Assembly (NCBI GenBank): GCA_039810585.1
Contig: JBDHXF010000001.1
Location: forward strand, 17,723 to 81,722
Direction: 5' to 3'
Source: Chlorobiota bacterium
Lineage (GTDB): Bacteria; Bacteroidota; Ignavibacteria; Kapaibacteriales; NICIL-2
DNA length: 64,000 nt
Shown: positions 1 to 9,734 of the stretch, piece after piece
Layout: each line of letters opens with the position of its first letter
How positions within the stretch are numbered: position 1 is the stretch's first letter
Notes under the pieces: generated by a model
The model's database searches: none
What the model saw: only the letters and a program-made list of their open reading frames with translations
Told to the model about the DNA's origin: nothing
Made by a program: the position numbers and the translations under genes

Positions 1-700
1 CAACTGTTGGTGATGGTGATGAGTTACGGTAAGACAGCGACACTGCTGTAGAAGCATTCGGCGCCTCGTTACTTGGACTTACAGCGTCATCCGGAAGCTG
101 AGCAAGAGCTTCGTGTTGACTCAAACGCGAAAGCGCATCAGAAACTCCCGGCATCGTTTGAAGCAACTTGAGCAGCTCCTGTAGTGGTTGCTCACCGATC
201 TGGGTTTGGGTAGTAATCAGATCGGAAGATGCAGCTGTTTGAGGCGAATTCCCGGAAAGAGTGATTGTCCCTTGAATAGCTCCTGCGAGGGCACCGGAGT
301 TCACAACCTTGATTAAGGATAGAAGACCTTCAAACGGATTGTTTCCGCTAACATCGTGTTGTGCATTCAACAAAGAAGAGAGGGACTGCAAGTCTTGCTT
401 TGACAGACGGCTGAGAGAGTCAATCACCTGAAGCACGTCGTTTGTGGTTACACTCGCATTACTCCCCACCAACAAGTTTTGCACAGCGCTATGGTTTGCA
501 AAAGCGAGTGGCTCGCTTGTGAGGACGCCAGCGTTTTTCAGGGAATTATGGGTGTTTCCAGATTTGCTGTGGAAAACGGGAGTGGCTTGCGACAGTACAT
601 CGCCGAAGCTTTTCGTGTGAGTTGGTGACTGAGGGGATGAACTTCCCGTGGCTTGGTTCAGCGAGGGAAAGAAGCGAGCTAGAAACGATGTGAGCTGCAT
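1..700 (-). CDS. Partial low-complexity S/Q/L-rich protein, probably flagellar hook-length control protein (FliK-like), running off the window start
   Basis: Open frame read by hand from ATG at 700 (MQLTSFLARFFPSLNQATGSSSPQSPTHTKSFGDVLSQ...) to position 1, with AAGGA upstream. It follows fliJ and a MotE-like gene, the usual FliK position. Absent from the ORF track because it is truncated. Confidence 0.6.
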   Translation of the reverse strand, partial: MQLTSFLARFFPSLNQATGSSSPQSPTHTKSFGDVLSQATPVFHSKSGNTHNSLKNAGVLTSEPLAFANHSAVQNLLVGSNASVTTNDVLQVIDSLSRLSKQDLQSLSSLLNAQHDVSGNNPFEGLLSLIKVVNSGALAGAIQGTITLSGNSPQTAASSDLITTQTQIGEQPLQELLKLLQTMPGVSDALSRLSQHEALAQLPDDAVSPSNEAPNASTAVSLSYRNSSPSPTV

Positions 701-778
701 AGTGCATCCTTGCAGAGAGCCGGGCTATGGTCGTCCTGACGAGTCCGGTGGTGTAAAACCAGGGTGACAATGTTCTGT

Positions 779-1321
779 TTAGTTCGCCTCCATTAACCGG
801 GCGATGTCTACTGCTTTGCGCGTAGGCATGAGCTCGATAATCTTGGCAGCACTCTTGGGCTTCATCAGTTTGAGAACACGTGCGGAGTACTTTTCGTCGG
901 ACCCTGCAAGAATTTTCGCGACTTCAGAGGCTTGTGCTTTTTCGTACATGTCGGCGGTGAAGCGCAGATTCTTTAATCGTGATGTGTCCTGCGCCGCGGC
1001 CTCTCGGCGTTCGCGGACATTTTTATCGGCTTGAACGTTGGCAAGTGTTTGGGTGTGTTCGGCTTCAAGACTCGTGAGCTGACCACTGATCTGATGCAGC
1101 GAGTCTTGAATGTGGGTCAGCACTTTCTGCAACGAATCGGATTTGAGTCGGAGGGAATCCGCGGGCGACAGCACTTTCACGCTGTCGGCCACCGGAACAA
1201 CCGGAGCGGGAAGACCTAAGGCCTGGGGATGATTATACCATAAAAACAATGCAACCAGGGTGATCAGCGATCCTGTCACCGTGGTTCCGGCCAATATCAT
1301 GAGCATTGTTTTTACTGACAT
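779..1321 (-). CDS. MotE/FlbB-like flagellar protein (TM, coiled coil, MgtE-N-like C-terminus)
   Basis: N-terminal TM helix, coiled coil, C-terminal 'YEKAQASEVAKIL...LKLMKPKSAAKIIELM'. Directly downstream of fliJ. Confidence 0.75.
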   Translation of the reverse strand: MSVKTMLMILAGTTVTGSLITLVALFLWYNHPQALGLPAPVVPVADSVKVLSPADSLRLKSDSLQKVLTHIQDSLHQISGQLTSLEAEHTQTLANVQADKNVRERREAAAQDTSRLKNLRFTADMYEKAQASEVAKILAGSDEKYSARVLKLMKPKSAAKIIELMPTRKAVDIARLMEAN

Positions 1322-1359
1322 GGTCCCGACCTTGTTGAACAACAAAGGGCACCACTTCT

Positions 1360-1794
1360 CTATTCATCAAAGGGTGCGTCGGCGCGCATGGCAATTTCAT
1401 CCATTTGCGCTTGCTCTTCGGAGAGGACGTCGTGGTTGTATTCGGAGAGTTTCTTGTCTCGCAGTTTGTCCAGAACCTTTTCGTCGCGCATGGTTCTATT
1501 CAGCTCGTCACGCCGAAGCACTTCTATTTCGCCCAGATTCACGAGGTCGTTTCGCAGCGTCTTGATGTGCTGCCGAACACTCTCGGCGTGTGATGCACGA
1601 ACCTGCAACTCCAACACCGTTCCTGAGCGACGTTTCAGCTGCAGGTGATCCAAATACTCTTGCATTTGGTTAATCTCCTGCTGCTTTTCGAAGCGCAGAC
1701 GAATGATTTCCCCCAACGCCAACTTTGCTTCGTTGGTTTTGTGTTGTCGAAATCGGTGTAAACCGTCTAATCGAAAGGAAAATCTCTTCGCCAT
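1360..1794 (-). CDS. fliJ: Flagellar export protein FliJ
   Basis: N-terminal 'RFSFRLDGLHRFR', 144-aa coiled coil, C-terminal 'EEQAQMDEIA'. Confidence 0.85.
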   Translation of the reverse strand: MAKRFSFRLDGLHRFRQHKTNEAKLALGEIIRLRFEKQQEINQMQEYLDHLQLKRRSGTVLELQVRASHAESVRQHIKTLRNDLVNLGEIEVLRRDELNRTMRDEKVLDKLRDKKLSEYNHDVLSEEQAQMDEIAMRADAPFDE

Positions 1795-1835
1795 ACATCG
1801 AATACATTACGCGTCCGTCGCGAAGCGTAGTTGTA

Positions 1836-1862
1836 GTATCGGTCATCCGACACCGCTTCTAA
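1836..1862 (-). promoter_or_regulatory. Possible sigma-28 (FliA)-type promoter upstream of fliJ
   Basis: Minus strand reads TTAG-N15-ACCGATAC against consensus TAAA-N15-GCCGATAA, about 40 nt before the fliJ ATG. Confidence 0.3.
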
Positions 1863-1971
1863 AGCTTTTTCTGCCTCGCGACCAAAAGCCGGAACGGCGC
1901 AAGAATCATTCCAATTCTGACGAAATCGGCAGCGAGACTGTGTTCGTTTTGGAGTCTTTCAATTCTTGAGC

Positions 1972-2000
1972 CTCGTTGTAGTCCTTCGGCCTACAACGAG
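1972..2000. repeat. Inverted repeat (10-bp arms) with central CTTCG
   Basis: CTCGTTGTAG-tccttcggc-CTACAACGAG, downstream of the 2049..4799 gene. Confidence 0.7.
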
Positions 2001-2048
2001 TCAACACGTCGCAATTACTCGCCAGGCACTTCCCGGCCATCCCCCTAC

Positions 2049-4799
2049 TTATCGGTGGTCAACAACTACCGGTGTACGCACACGCGTGCCTTGAATCCAC
2101 GCTTCGAGCTGATAACAGCCGTCGGCCAGCGGCTGACAATCGACGCGTAGGCGTTGCGCCTGGCCATCTGCCATTCCGGATTGCGTCCATACGGTCTGTC
2201 CGAGAACGTTCACCAGACGTACAGTCCACACTCCTCTGCTCCCCTGAAGCAATTCGATTTCAGCGTGCGTAGATGCCGGTTGCGGAGAAACGCGCATGAG
2301 CGTTGCCTCTTCTGGATCGTTCACTTCGGTTACCGTATCGACAGATCGTCGAACCTCGTATTCCGGAATCTGGCGCAGAAAGCCTTCTTTGGTGCGAGCC
2401 CGGATGATATATCGAAACCACTGAACATCCGGAGCGGTGAAGTCAACAGTCCACTGCGACGTTCCGACTTTGGTCAACGCCATGTTCTGAGGTATCAGCG
2501 ATTCAGACGTTTTTGTGATCACCAATTCGGCGCCCGTTACCGCATCTGAGGTTTGAAAGGGATCTGGAGTTATTGTAACCGTGATCTTTTGCGGTGCCGC
2601 GAAACAAGTGGAATCCAAAGGCGTGTGAATGATATACGCTCCCGCACCCCAGGCGTAGTAGGCGAACTTCTTAAGATTGCTATAGTCGTTTGTCCAGGTG
2701 GTGTACATCATGCCACGTACGCCACCGATGTTGTCCTGTGCCTGACGCCATGCCAAGGCGTCCGCGCTATTCCCGCTGCTAAAGAAGGGAGCAGTCATCT
2801 GGTCATATCCATGACGCGCAAAAAAGTCCAAACTACCTGCCTTCTTTCCGGAGTTCCAGTTCACAACGACGGTGTTTTTTGGAGCCATATCCCAAATGCC
2901 GCGCAAGTCACCGTTGACCAGGTAGTAATTGTTGACGGCGTTGTGTAGCGAGTCGAGCATATCGCTCCACATATAATGTTCAGCCATCGGCGCAACAGTA
3001 TGCAGCAGCGAATCGCAGCGATGCATGTTATCGGCTAACAATTGGGCGGGACTCAAGCCTCGCTTCAGGCAGGCGGCGTCGCGATTCAGATTGCGAATTT
3101 CATCGTGTCCCATAAAGTACTTCGTCGGATGAAACAGTGCATCCACAGAACTGATCTGCCGGTGAAGTATTGAGTACAAACTGTCGTCACTCACACACAC
3201 CATGATCGATCCGTTCCCTTGATTATCGCTTACCGAAGCGAAGGGATGGTAATACGAAATCTCCACTGTATCGCCATTGTGCAGCGCTGAGCTTGTATTT
3301 CTCATGACGGTAGGCGGAGTGTGAAAAGGACCAATATTCTCCCCGTTAGAATTCCACCATGGATCGTGAATGGAAAGGTAGTCGACGCCTTCAGTGTACT
3401 CTCGACTGCCGTCAAGGGAATGCACGCTGAGTGGAGTACCGGAGCGACGGAGCACGTTGCACAAGCCTGCGGGTTGAATTCGAAAGTCATCCAACCAGAT
3501 ACTGCCGGAGTTCACTCCCCACGCACCGGCGTACACGTTGACTGAGCTGTAATCAAGAGTGTTGAAGAACACTTCAGCTTTGGTCCAATCGCTGGTCGAT
3601 GGGATAGACAACGCCGTGAAGGTAACGGGACGAAACTGTCCGTTGCCGGTGTCGGCCATCACCAGCAGCTTTATCTCGCTTGCCGAAATATCCTGCGTTT
3701 TAATCCATACGCTGAGAGAGTAGTATTCGTGCGGCTTGAGCGACAAGCTGCGGATGAACCGCGCATTCGTTCCACTAGGAACAGTGGCTGCATAGGCACT
3801 TGCTGCACCGCTATGTGCATGCTGCAGGTCTTGCTCAAAGCAGGGGTCGTAATACGAGTAGCCGCTGAATGCACCACTTGAGTTCACCTGCTCAAATCCA
3901 CCATTGGGAATCTGCGCATTTGGATTGGGAAGCAGTCGGCCGGTGTCAGCCTCGATCACATACCGTGTGCGCGCTTCAACGCCTTCGGCGAGTTGTGGAT
4001 CGATGGACATCAAGTTTGCGCTCCAACCAAGATCGCACACGCCCGGAATGACATCGATGCTGCGCTCTGCCCAGATTGCTTTTAGCGAATCGACGTTGCT
4101 GAAATAGGGTTGGAACATGCGGTCGAGAATGCCGAGCTTGAAGTCGTTCTGGTATAACCCGTCCAGTTTGTACGTAGCCATCGTGTCGGCTATATCATGC
4201 AGTGTCTTTATCGTAGCCGCGACCAGCATATTATGCTGTGAAAAAACCCACCGGTTGCTGTAATCAGGTTCATCCCATACATGACAACACGGCAGAGTGG
4301 AATCGCTGTTCCTCAAGAGCTGCAAAACAGTCGCCACAGCATTTGCGGCACTCTCATCGGTCGAGCGACAGAGTATCAATGCCTCAGTAGGACGAATATC
4401 GAGTACATAGCCGCCAGCCAATTCCGGTTCCGCTTCGCCGTGAGCTAGGAGTATGGGTTTAACAGACGCAAAGAAGGCTGAGGTATCAGGCACGAACACG
4501 ATGCCACGTTGAGAGGCATGCATGTTCATGAAATAGTACTCAAGGCTCACGCGCTGTGTTTGAATACTCGCTCGCCTCGCGAGCTCGTGCTCGAAGCGGC
4601 TCACGGCATGGTCGATGGCGGGAGGACAGCTATCGGGCACTGCAATCGTGACAAATCGAAACGCAAAGCGTGTGGTGTCCGGGTGATTATACGCCGTGCG
4701 AGGCGTGGGAAGGAGATGCTGTATGTCCTGTGCTGTAGATGCTACCGTACAGATGAGAATGAGCAATGAGCCAAAGCATGCTTGTAGAGATCTAGGCAT
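2049..4799 (-). CDS. Secreted GH20-like glycoside hydrolase with inserted CBM4/9-like domain and T9SS C-terminal sorting domain
   Basis: Signal peptide from MPRSLQ, GH20b-like N-domain ('GGYVLDI...WDEPDY'), 'IPNGGFEQ...YSLSVWIKT...IWLDDFRI' module, 'FMGHDEIR' motif, CTD 'VSPQPA...NVLGQ...LADGCYQL'. Confidence 0.7.
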   Translation of the reverse strand: MPRSLQACFGSLLILICTVASTAQDIQHLLPTPRTAYNHPDTTRFAFRFVTIAVPDSCPPAIDHAVSRFEHELARRASIQTQRVSLEYYFMNMHASQRGIVFVPDTSAFFASVKPILLAHGEAEPELAGGYVLDIRPTEALILCRSTDESAANAVATVLQLLRNSDSTLPCCHVWDEPDYSNRWVFSQHNMLVAATIKTLHDIADTMATYKLDGLYQNDFKLGILDRMFQPYFSNVDSLKAIWAERSIDVIPGVCDLGWSANLMSIDPQLAEGVEARTRYVIEADTGRLLPNPNAQIPNGGFEQVNSSGAFSGYSYYDPCFEQDLQHAHSGAASAYAATVPSGTNARFIRSLSLKPHEYYSLSVWIKTQDISASEIKLLVMADTGNGQFRPVTFTALSIPSTSDWTKAEVFFNTLDYSSVNVYAGAWGVNSGSIWLDDFRIQPAGLCNVLRRSGTPLSVHSLDGSREYTEGVDYLSIHDPWWNSNGENIGPFHTPPTVMRNTSSALHNGDTVEISYYHPFASVSDNQGNGSIMVCVSDDSLYSILHRQISSVDALFHPTKYFMGHDEIRNLNRDAACLKRGLSPAQLLADNMHRCDSLLHTVAPMAEHYMWSDMLDSLHNAVNNYYLVNGDLRGIWDMAPKNTVVVNWNSGKKAGSLDFFARHGYDQMTAPFFSSGNSADALAWRQAQDNIGGVRGMMYTTWTNDYSNLKKFAYYAWGAGAYIIHTPLDSTCFAAPQKITVTITPDPFQTSDAVTGAELVITKTSESLIPQNMALTKVGTSQWTVDFTAPDVQWFRYIIRARTKEGFLRQIPEYEVRRSVDTVTEVNDPEEATLMRVSPQPASTHAEIELLQGSRGVWTVRLVNVLGQTVWTQSGMADGQAQRLRVDCQPLADGCYQLEAWIQGTRVRTPVVVDHR

Positions 4800-4928
4800 A
4801 GTCGTCCGGAGTACCCCGGCGGAGGTCAGAAGATTCCCAGTGCTCGTTACAGATCCGTGTGCATAGGTCGCGGGCACGAGCATCGTGTTGTAACAATAAA
4901 ACACCAACAATGCCGGTGCTTCACCTGT

Positions 4929-5741
4929 TTACATTTTCTTTTCCTCGTCGCCGCAGTGTATGGCAAACGATTGAATCTCCACTGCCTTGCCGGAATCGGC
5001 ATCGACTTTTACCACTGCCCCGCAGACTCGGTAGTCACCCTTAGCGACCTCGTATTTGTGCGCGGTCTGCAATACAAAGCGCTTTAAGGCAATGTCTGTT
5101 GCCATCCCGACAACCGAGTTGTACGGACCTGACATCCCAACATCACTGATAAAGGCGGTACCCTGCGGCAATACTCTGGCATCATTGGTTTGTACATGCG
5201 TGTGTGTACCGAGCACAGCGCTCACTCTGCCATCCAGATGCCAGCCCATGGCGATTTTTTCGGCAGAAGCGTCGGCATGAAAATCGACAATGACAATGGC
5301 GCAGCTTTCATGAATCTTTGGCAGAACGGCGTCGGCAGCTTTGAAGGGACAGTCGATGGGTTGCATATACACTCTCCCTTGCAGTTGCAACACACACACC
5401 GATATACCATCGCCAACACTGATAATGCTATAGCCCTTTCCCGGATTCTCTCGTGGGTAGTTAAGCGGACGGATAACGCGTGAGTTTGAAGCTAAGAGCG
5501 GACGTGATTTCCAGTTTTCCCAGATGTGATTTCCGGTGGTGATAACATGGACACCGGCATCGAAAAGAAGCTTTGCCTCCTGCTCGTTGATGCCCTTCCC
5601 GTCCCACACATTTTCACCGTTCACAATAACAACATCAGCTGCGTGCTCACGGACTAAGGTGGGAAGAGTGTTCACCACGTGGACCAAAGCACTTTCGCCG
5701 ACAACGTCGCCTACAAAGAGAATGTTCAGAGTTGAATTCAC
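4929..5741 (-). CDS. ymdB: YmdB/TIGR00282 family metallophosphoesterase
   Basis: GDVVG, NGEN, TTGNH, DFHA, GTHTHVQT, DVGMSGP motifs. Confidence 0.92.
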   Translation of the reverse strand: MNSTLNILFVGDVVGESALVHVVNTLPTLVREHAADVVIVNGENVWDGKGINEQEAKLLFDAGVHVITTGNHIWENWKSRPLLASNSRVIRPLNYPRENPGKGYSIISVGDGISVCVLQLQGRVYMQPIDCPFKAADAVLPKIHESCAIVIVDFHADASAEKIAMGWHLDGRVSAVLGTHTHVQTNDARVLPQGTAFISDVGMSGPYNSVVGMATDIALKRFVLQTAHKYEVAKGDYRVCGAVVKVDADSGKAVEIQSFAIHCGDEEKKM

Positions 5742-5812
5742 AGAGATGAGGAATAGATGAGAGTAGCGCGGTGCAATTTACGACAGCGGGTCTTGGGATG
5801 CAGTGCGGAGGC

Positions 5813-7144
5813 TTAATTCACTGTGATATCAGCCTCGCGTTCTTCCATGGAAAATACCGGAACGCGGTCGACAAGATCTCCATGACCTAGGGCTCGCAAC
5901 AAGTACGGCGGTAAGGCTCGAGCAAACATCCGCGCTCTTGCATGAATGGTGGAACTGTTTCCAATGCGCGCTGCTGTTAAGAGATACCGCGCGTGCCGTA
6001 GCTGGAAGGGCGGAATCGAGTGATTTACCACGGCATCGGCGGCAAAGAAAAACGGAATCTCTTCACCACCACTCATGGCAGTGCCGTTGAAGAGAACAAG
6101 ACTGGAATCGCGTGACATTTGATGGTTCTTAACGAAGTCAGATTTTTCATTAAGCAGATCACCGTTTGGATCTAGTCCCCCACTGTACAGCAAAGTATCG
6201 CCGTTCTCATTGGTCACCAACATTTCCACCCACATTTGTCGTTCAAAGATGGTTCCGGATGGAACGTTGTGCCCTGTAATACTATTAGTGATCTCAAAAT
6301 CCAGATCAACATCCTTGCCACGAGCAATGCTCGTGGGTGGCAAAAACTCGGTGTGCACGGAGTTGTTCATCATGTATTGAACGCGTTGAATCATCTCATC
6401 GCGTCCCGGGAAATCCGTGAGGGGAACGTCCAAACCTTCCATGACGTGACTATGTAAACGACGTTTAGGCGAGCCTCCGACAGCTGCAAAGCCTGAATCG
6501 TACTTCATGTGACAGACTTGACACGGGATATTTCTTGCGGGATAGAGACTGTTCTGCCATTCGCTAAATGTTCCCTCCACTCGAATTCCTCGGGTGTTGA
6601 TCACTTCATGACAGCCGGAGCAGGCACTACTCTGCTCGATACCCGCTCGATATTGAGAACCATGAAACTTGTTCGGGACAGGATCGCTTATCGGACCATA
6701 CAAGATTCCGTCCAGCCGATACTGCCCGATTACCTGTCCGGGGGTTTGTGCTTCACTCATGTGACATACCGCACAGGTAACACCGCGCGCTCCGGCAGCG
6801 GAAAGCGTTGGCCGCAATATTCCACCTTCGGCTTCGCTCATTTGGGTGGCTATGGGGGCATGACACTTTACACAGAACTCGCCCAACAGTCCGCCCGTTT
6901 GCGACAAACCAATGGTGTTCAATGTGTTGAACACCGGGTCTTGTATGGCATAGGCGTGCATGGACATCTCCCAATCGCGGTATTGGTTGGGATGGCAGGT
7001 TTGACAACTTTCAGGAGGACTAAAAGCCTTGGTAAAAATTCCAACAGAATCCTTGCGCGTTGGCACAGGGGGCTCCGGCGCCGATGGTTTATCGCATGCG
7101 CTCAGGAAAAGACACACTGATATGCTAAGAAACAGTACTCGCAT
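5813..7144 (-). CDS. Pentaheme c-type cytochrome lipoprotein (cytochrome c554-like N-terminus)
   Basis: Lipobox LSAC. Five CxxCH motifs (CQTCH, CVKCH, CAVCH, CSGCH, CQVCH), plus 'WEMSMHA' and 'GHNVPSG'. Confidence 0.85.
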   Translation of the reverse strand: MRVLFLSISVCLFLSACDKPSAPEPPVPTRKDSVGIFTKAFSPPESCQTCHPNQYRDWEMSMHAYAIQDPVFNTLNTIGLSQTGGLLGEFCVKCHAPIATQMSEAEGGILRPTLSAAGARGVTCAVCHMSEAQTPGQVIGQYRLDGILYGPISDPVPNKFHGSQYRAGIEQSSACSGCHEVINTRGIRVEGTFSEWQNSLYPARNIPCQVCHMKYDSGFAAVGGSPKRRLHSHVMEGLDVPLTDFPGRDEMIQRVQYMMNNSVHTEFLPPTSIARGKDVDLDFEITNSITGHNVPSGTIFERQMWVEMLVTNENGDTLLYSGGLDPNGDLLNEKSDFVKNHQMSRDSSLVLFNGTAMSGGEEIPFFFAADAVVNHSIPPFQLRHARYLLTAARIGNSSTIHARARMFARALPPYLLRALGHGDLVDRVPVFSMEEREADITVN

Positions 7145-7237
7145 CGTTCTTTCAAGCTCTCGGCAATCTATGAGAAATTTCCCTCATCGCAAGTGCGAAC
7201 GCCGCTCGCCGGTACTTTCGATGCGACACCATGCAAT

Positions 7238-7270
7238 CGAGGCGGTTTGCGCAACGCGCAAACCGCCTCG
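7238..7270. terminator. 15-bp perfect hairpin downstream of EF-G2
   Basis: CGAGGCGGTTTGCGC-aac-GCGCAAACCGCCTCG. There is no clear U-tract, so a terminator role is uncertain. Confidence 0.5.
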
Positions 7271-7300
7271 GTGTGAATCAATCGTCTGTTGAAGACAAGC

Positions 7301-9439
7301 CTACTCGTCCTCGTGGTGCAAGTGCTTCTGGTATTCGGTCACCAATTTTTGCTGAACATTCGGCGGCGTGGGTTGATACTCACTAAACTCTGCCGTGTAG
7401 GTAGCACGTGCCTGCGTCATAGCACGAAGAGCTGTCGAGTACTTATCCAATTCCGCCAACGGCATGGATGCGTTGATTTTCTGGTAGTGTCCGTCGGCTT
7501 CCATACCGAGAATCATAGCACGACGTGTGGGAAGATCGCTCATCACTTCACCCATGAAGTCATCGGGTACCGTAACGGTGACCGTATAAATCGGCTCCAA
7601 CAACTTTGGGTCAGCTTGCATGAAGCAGTCCTTAAACGCCATCATTCCGGCCGTTTTAAACGCTGCTTCATTTGAATCCACCGGGTGCATCTTACCGTCG
7701 AACACCGCAACGCGGATATCGCGAGCCGGACATCCCGTGAGTGGTCCGGTTGTCATCTTGTCCATAACTCCCTTCATGATTGCAGGCAAGAATCGCGTGT
7801 CGATTACCCCGCCAACGATGCAATTCACAAACACCAACTTGCCACCCCAGGGCAGCGGATGTTCTTCCGTGCCACGTACCGTGAGTCCTGCAGGATTGGG
7901 CATGCCTTCATAGTATGGCTCGATCCGCATATGCACTTCGGCAAATTGACCTGCTCCGCCGGATTGTTTCTTGTGACGGTACATGCCTTCAGACTGTTTT
8001 TGAATGGTTTCACGATAGGGAATTCGCGGTTCAATAAACTGGATATCCACTTTGGACCGGTGCAGAATTCTCCACTTTGCCACACTGAGGTGCATTTCGC
8101 CTTGCGCATGCAGAATGGTTTGATGCAATTCGTGAGAGTGCTCAACCACCAACGTGGGGTCTTCCTCATGGATTTGGTGCAACGCAGATCCGACCTTCTC
8201 CTCGTCTCCCTTGTGCATAGGAATAACCGCCGTACGAAGTTTGGAGTTGGGGAAAACAATAGGTGGCATCACCACATTGCTGTTCTTCTCGTGCAGAGTG
8301 TTATTGACGTGGGTGTTCTTGAGTTTGACCACGGCGCCAATGTCACCGGCAACGAGTTGTGGTACTTCTTCACGTTTCTTTCCGTCCACCACAAAGAGGT
8401 GTCCCAAATTTTCTGCGACGCCGGTTTGTGCATTATATAAGAGCGCTCCGGTTTTGATTGTGCCGGAATACACTTTGAAGAAGGTCATATCACCCAAGTT
8501 TGGCTCCGACACGGCCTTAAACACAAAGGCAACCGGTGGACCGTTGGGATCACAAGGAATGGCATCGCCATCGGTATCCAACACCGGTGTCGCAAGTTCG
8601 TTGGCAGAGGGAGCAACGTTGTCCAGAAAGCCCATGAGACGTCCGCTTCCCATGTTATTTCGTGCCGACACACAGAAGAGCGGGAAGAGCTGGTGACGAA
8701 TCATGGAGCGTTTTAAGCCATCGCGCATTTCATCTTCGTCTAACTCGCCCTGGGCAAAGTACTTGTCCATGAGCGTTTCGTCATTCTCAGCAATGGCCTC
8801 AATCAGCTCGTTATGCAGCTTCGCTGCTTTTTCCTTTTCGGAGTCTGGAATTGGAAGCTTTTCCGGCTTGCCGCCTGCAGCCGGAAACTTATACATCGTC
8901 ATCTTAAGCACGTCGATCACGGAATCGAAGCCATGACCTTCGTTGAGCGGGTATTGAACAACGGTCACCGCGCGTCCGAAGCGCTCTTTGGCTTGGTCAA
9001 CTGTGCGGTTGAAGTTGGAATGTTCGTTGTCCAACTTGTTAATCGCAAATACCATCGGTGTTTTGAATTCTTCGGTATAGCGCCAGATTATCTCGGTACC
9101 GACTTCAACGCCATTGACGCTGTTGAGTACCAGTACACCGGTGTCGGCAACGCGAAGAGCGGTAATCACTTCGCCGATGAAGTCGTCGTATCCCGGTGTG
9201 TCGATGAGGTTGATCTTGTAGTCGCGCCAATCCAGGTTCAACATCGTGGCGAACACCGAACTCGAGCGTTCATGCTCCAAATCGGTATAATCGGAAATGG
9301 TATTACGCTCCTCCACGCTTCCGCGTCGGTTGACGACCCCGGATTCAAAGAGCATGGCTTCAGCGAGTGTTGTTTTGCCCGACCCGGTGTGACCGAGTAG
9401 GGCAACATTCTTGATGTGATTTACGTCGTACAATTTCAT
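7301..9439 (-). CDS. fusA2: Elongation factor G paralog (EF-G2 type)
   Basis: GHTGSGKTT, DTPG, NKLD, 'KKQSGGAGQF', 'HPVDSNE'. RSSSV replaces the canonical RGITI, and the gene is outside an str operon. Confidence 0.9.
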   Translation of the reverse strand: MKLYDVNHIKNVALLGHTGSGKTTLAEAMLFESGVVNRRGSVEERNTISDYTDLEHERSSSVFATMLNLDWRDYKINLIDTPGYDDFIGEVITALRVADTGVLVLNSVNGVEVGTEIIWRYTEEFKTPMVFAINKLDNEHSNFNRTVDQAKERFGRAVTVVQYPLNEGHGFDSVIDVLKMTMYKFPAAGGKPEKLPIPDSEKEKAAKLHNELIEAIAENDETLMDKYFAQGELDEDEMRDGLKRSMIRHQLFPLFCVSARNNMGSGRLMGFLDNVAPSANELATPVLDTDGDAIPCDPNGPPVAFVFKAVSEPNLGDMTFFKVYSGTIKTGALLYNAQTGVAENLGHLFVVDGKKREEVPQLVAGDIGAVVKLKNTHVNNTLHEKNSNVVMPPIVFPNSKLRTAVIPMHKGDEEKVGSALHQIHEEDPTLVVEHSHELHQTILHAQGEMHLSVAKWRILHRSKVDIQFIEPRIPYRETIQKQSEGMYRHKKQSGGAGQFAEVHMRIEPYYEGMPNPAGLTVRGTEEHPLPWGGKLVFVNCIVGGVIDTRFLPAIMKGVMDKMTTGPLTGCPARDIRVAVFDGKMHPVDSNEAAFKTAGMMAFKDCFMQADPKLLEPIYTVTVTVPDDFMGEVMSDLPTRRAMILGMEADGHYQKINASMPLAELDKYSTALRAMTQARATYTAEFSEYQPTPPNVQQKLVTEYQKHLHHEDE

Positions 9440-9689
9440 ACCATCTACTCCTAATTAATGATGAGAGTGTTGATTTTTCGGTGTGTGGAGCGATTGTCGA
9501 TCACGGATTGAAAACGGAGCATTGCGCTCCCAAAGTGTTGAGAAATGCTTCCCCGAGAATTGCTCTGCAACGTAGTGAACAGTAAGCAATGAAGCAAGGA
9601 CAAAAATAAGATTTTGTTGTCCGAATTTACCCGAGCATAATTTTTTAGCTCAGGCTGCGAGGAAAAGGCGGGATTGCAGCGTCTTCGGC

Positions 9690-9697
9690 TATTTTTG
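9690..9697 (+). promoter_or_regulatory. Bacteroidota-type -7 element (TAnnTTTG)
   Basis: TATTTTTG about 40 nt upstream of the YfhO gene. Confidence 0.55.
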
Positions 9698-9734
9698 CCC
9701 GCAGCACCTTTTTGCACATCGCATCACCTACATT

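Noticed and set aside
546-770. 74-aa minus-strand ORF
   Set aside because: Overlaps, in another frame, the longer FliK-like ORF starting at 700.
7685-8440. 251-aa ORF and other plus-strand ORFs within EF-G2
   Set aside because: Antisense shadows of a conserved gene.
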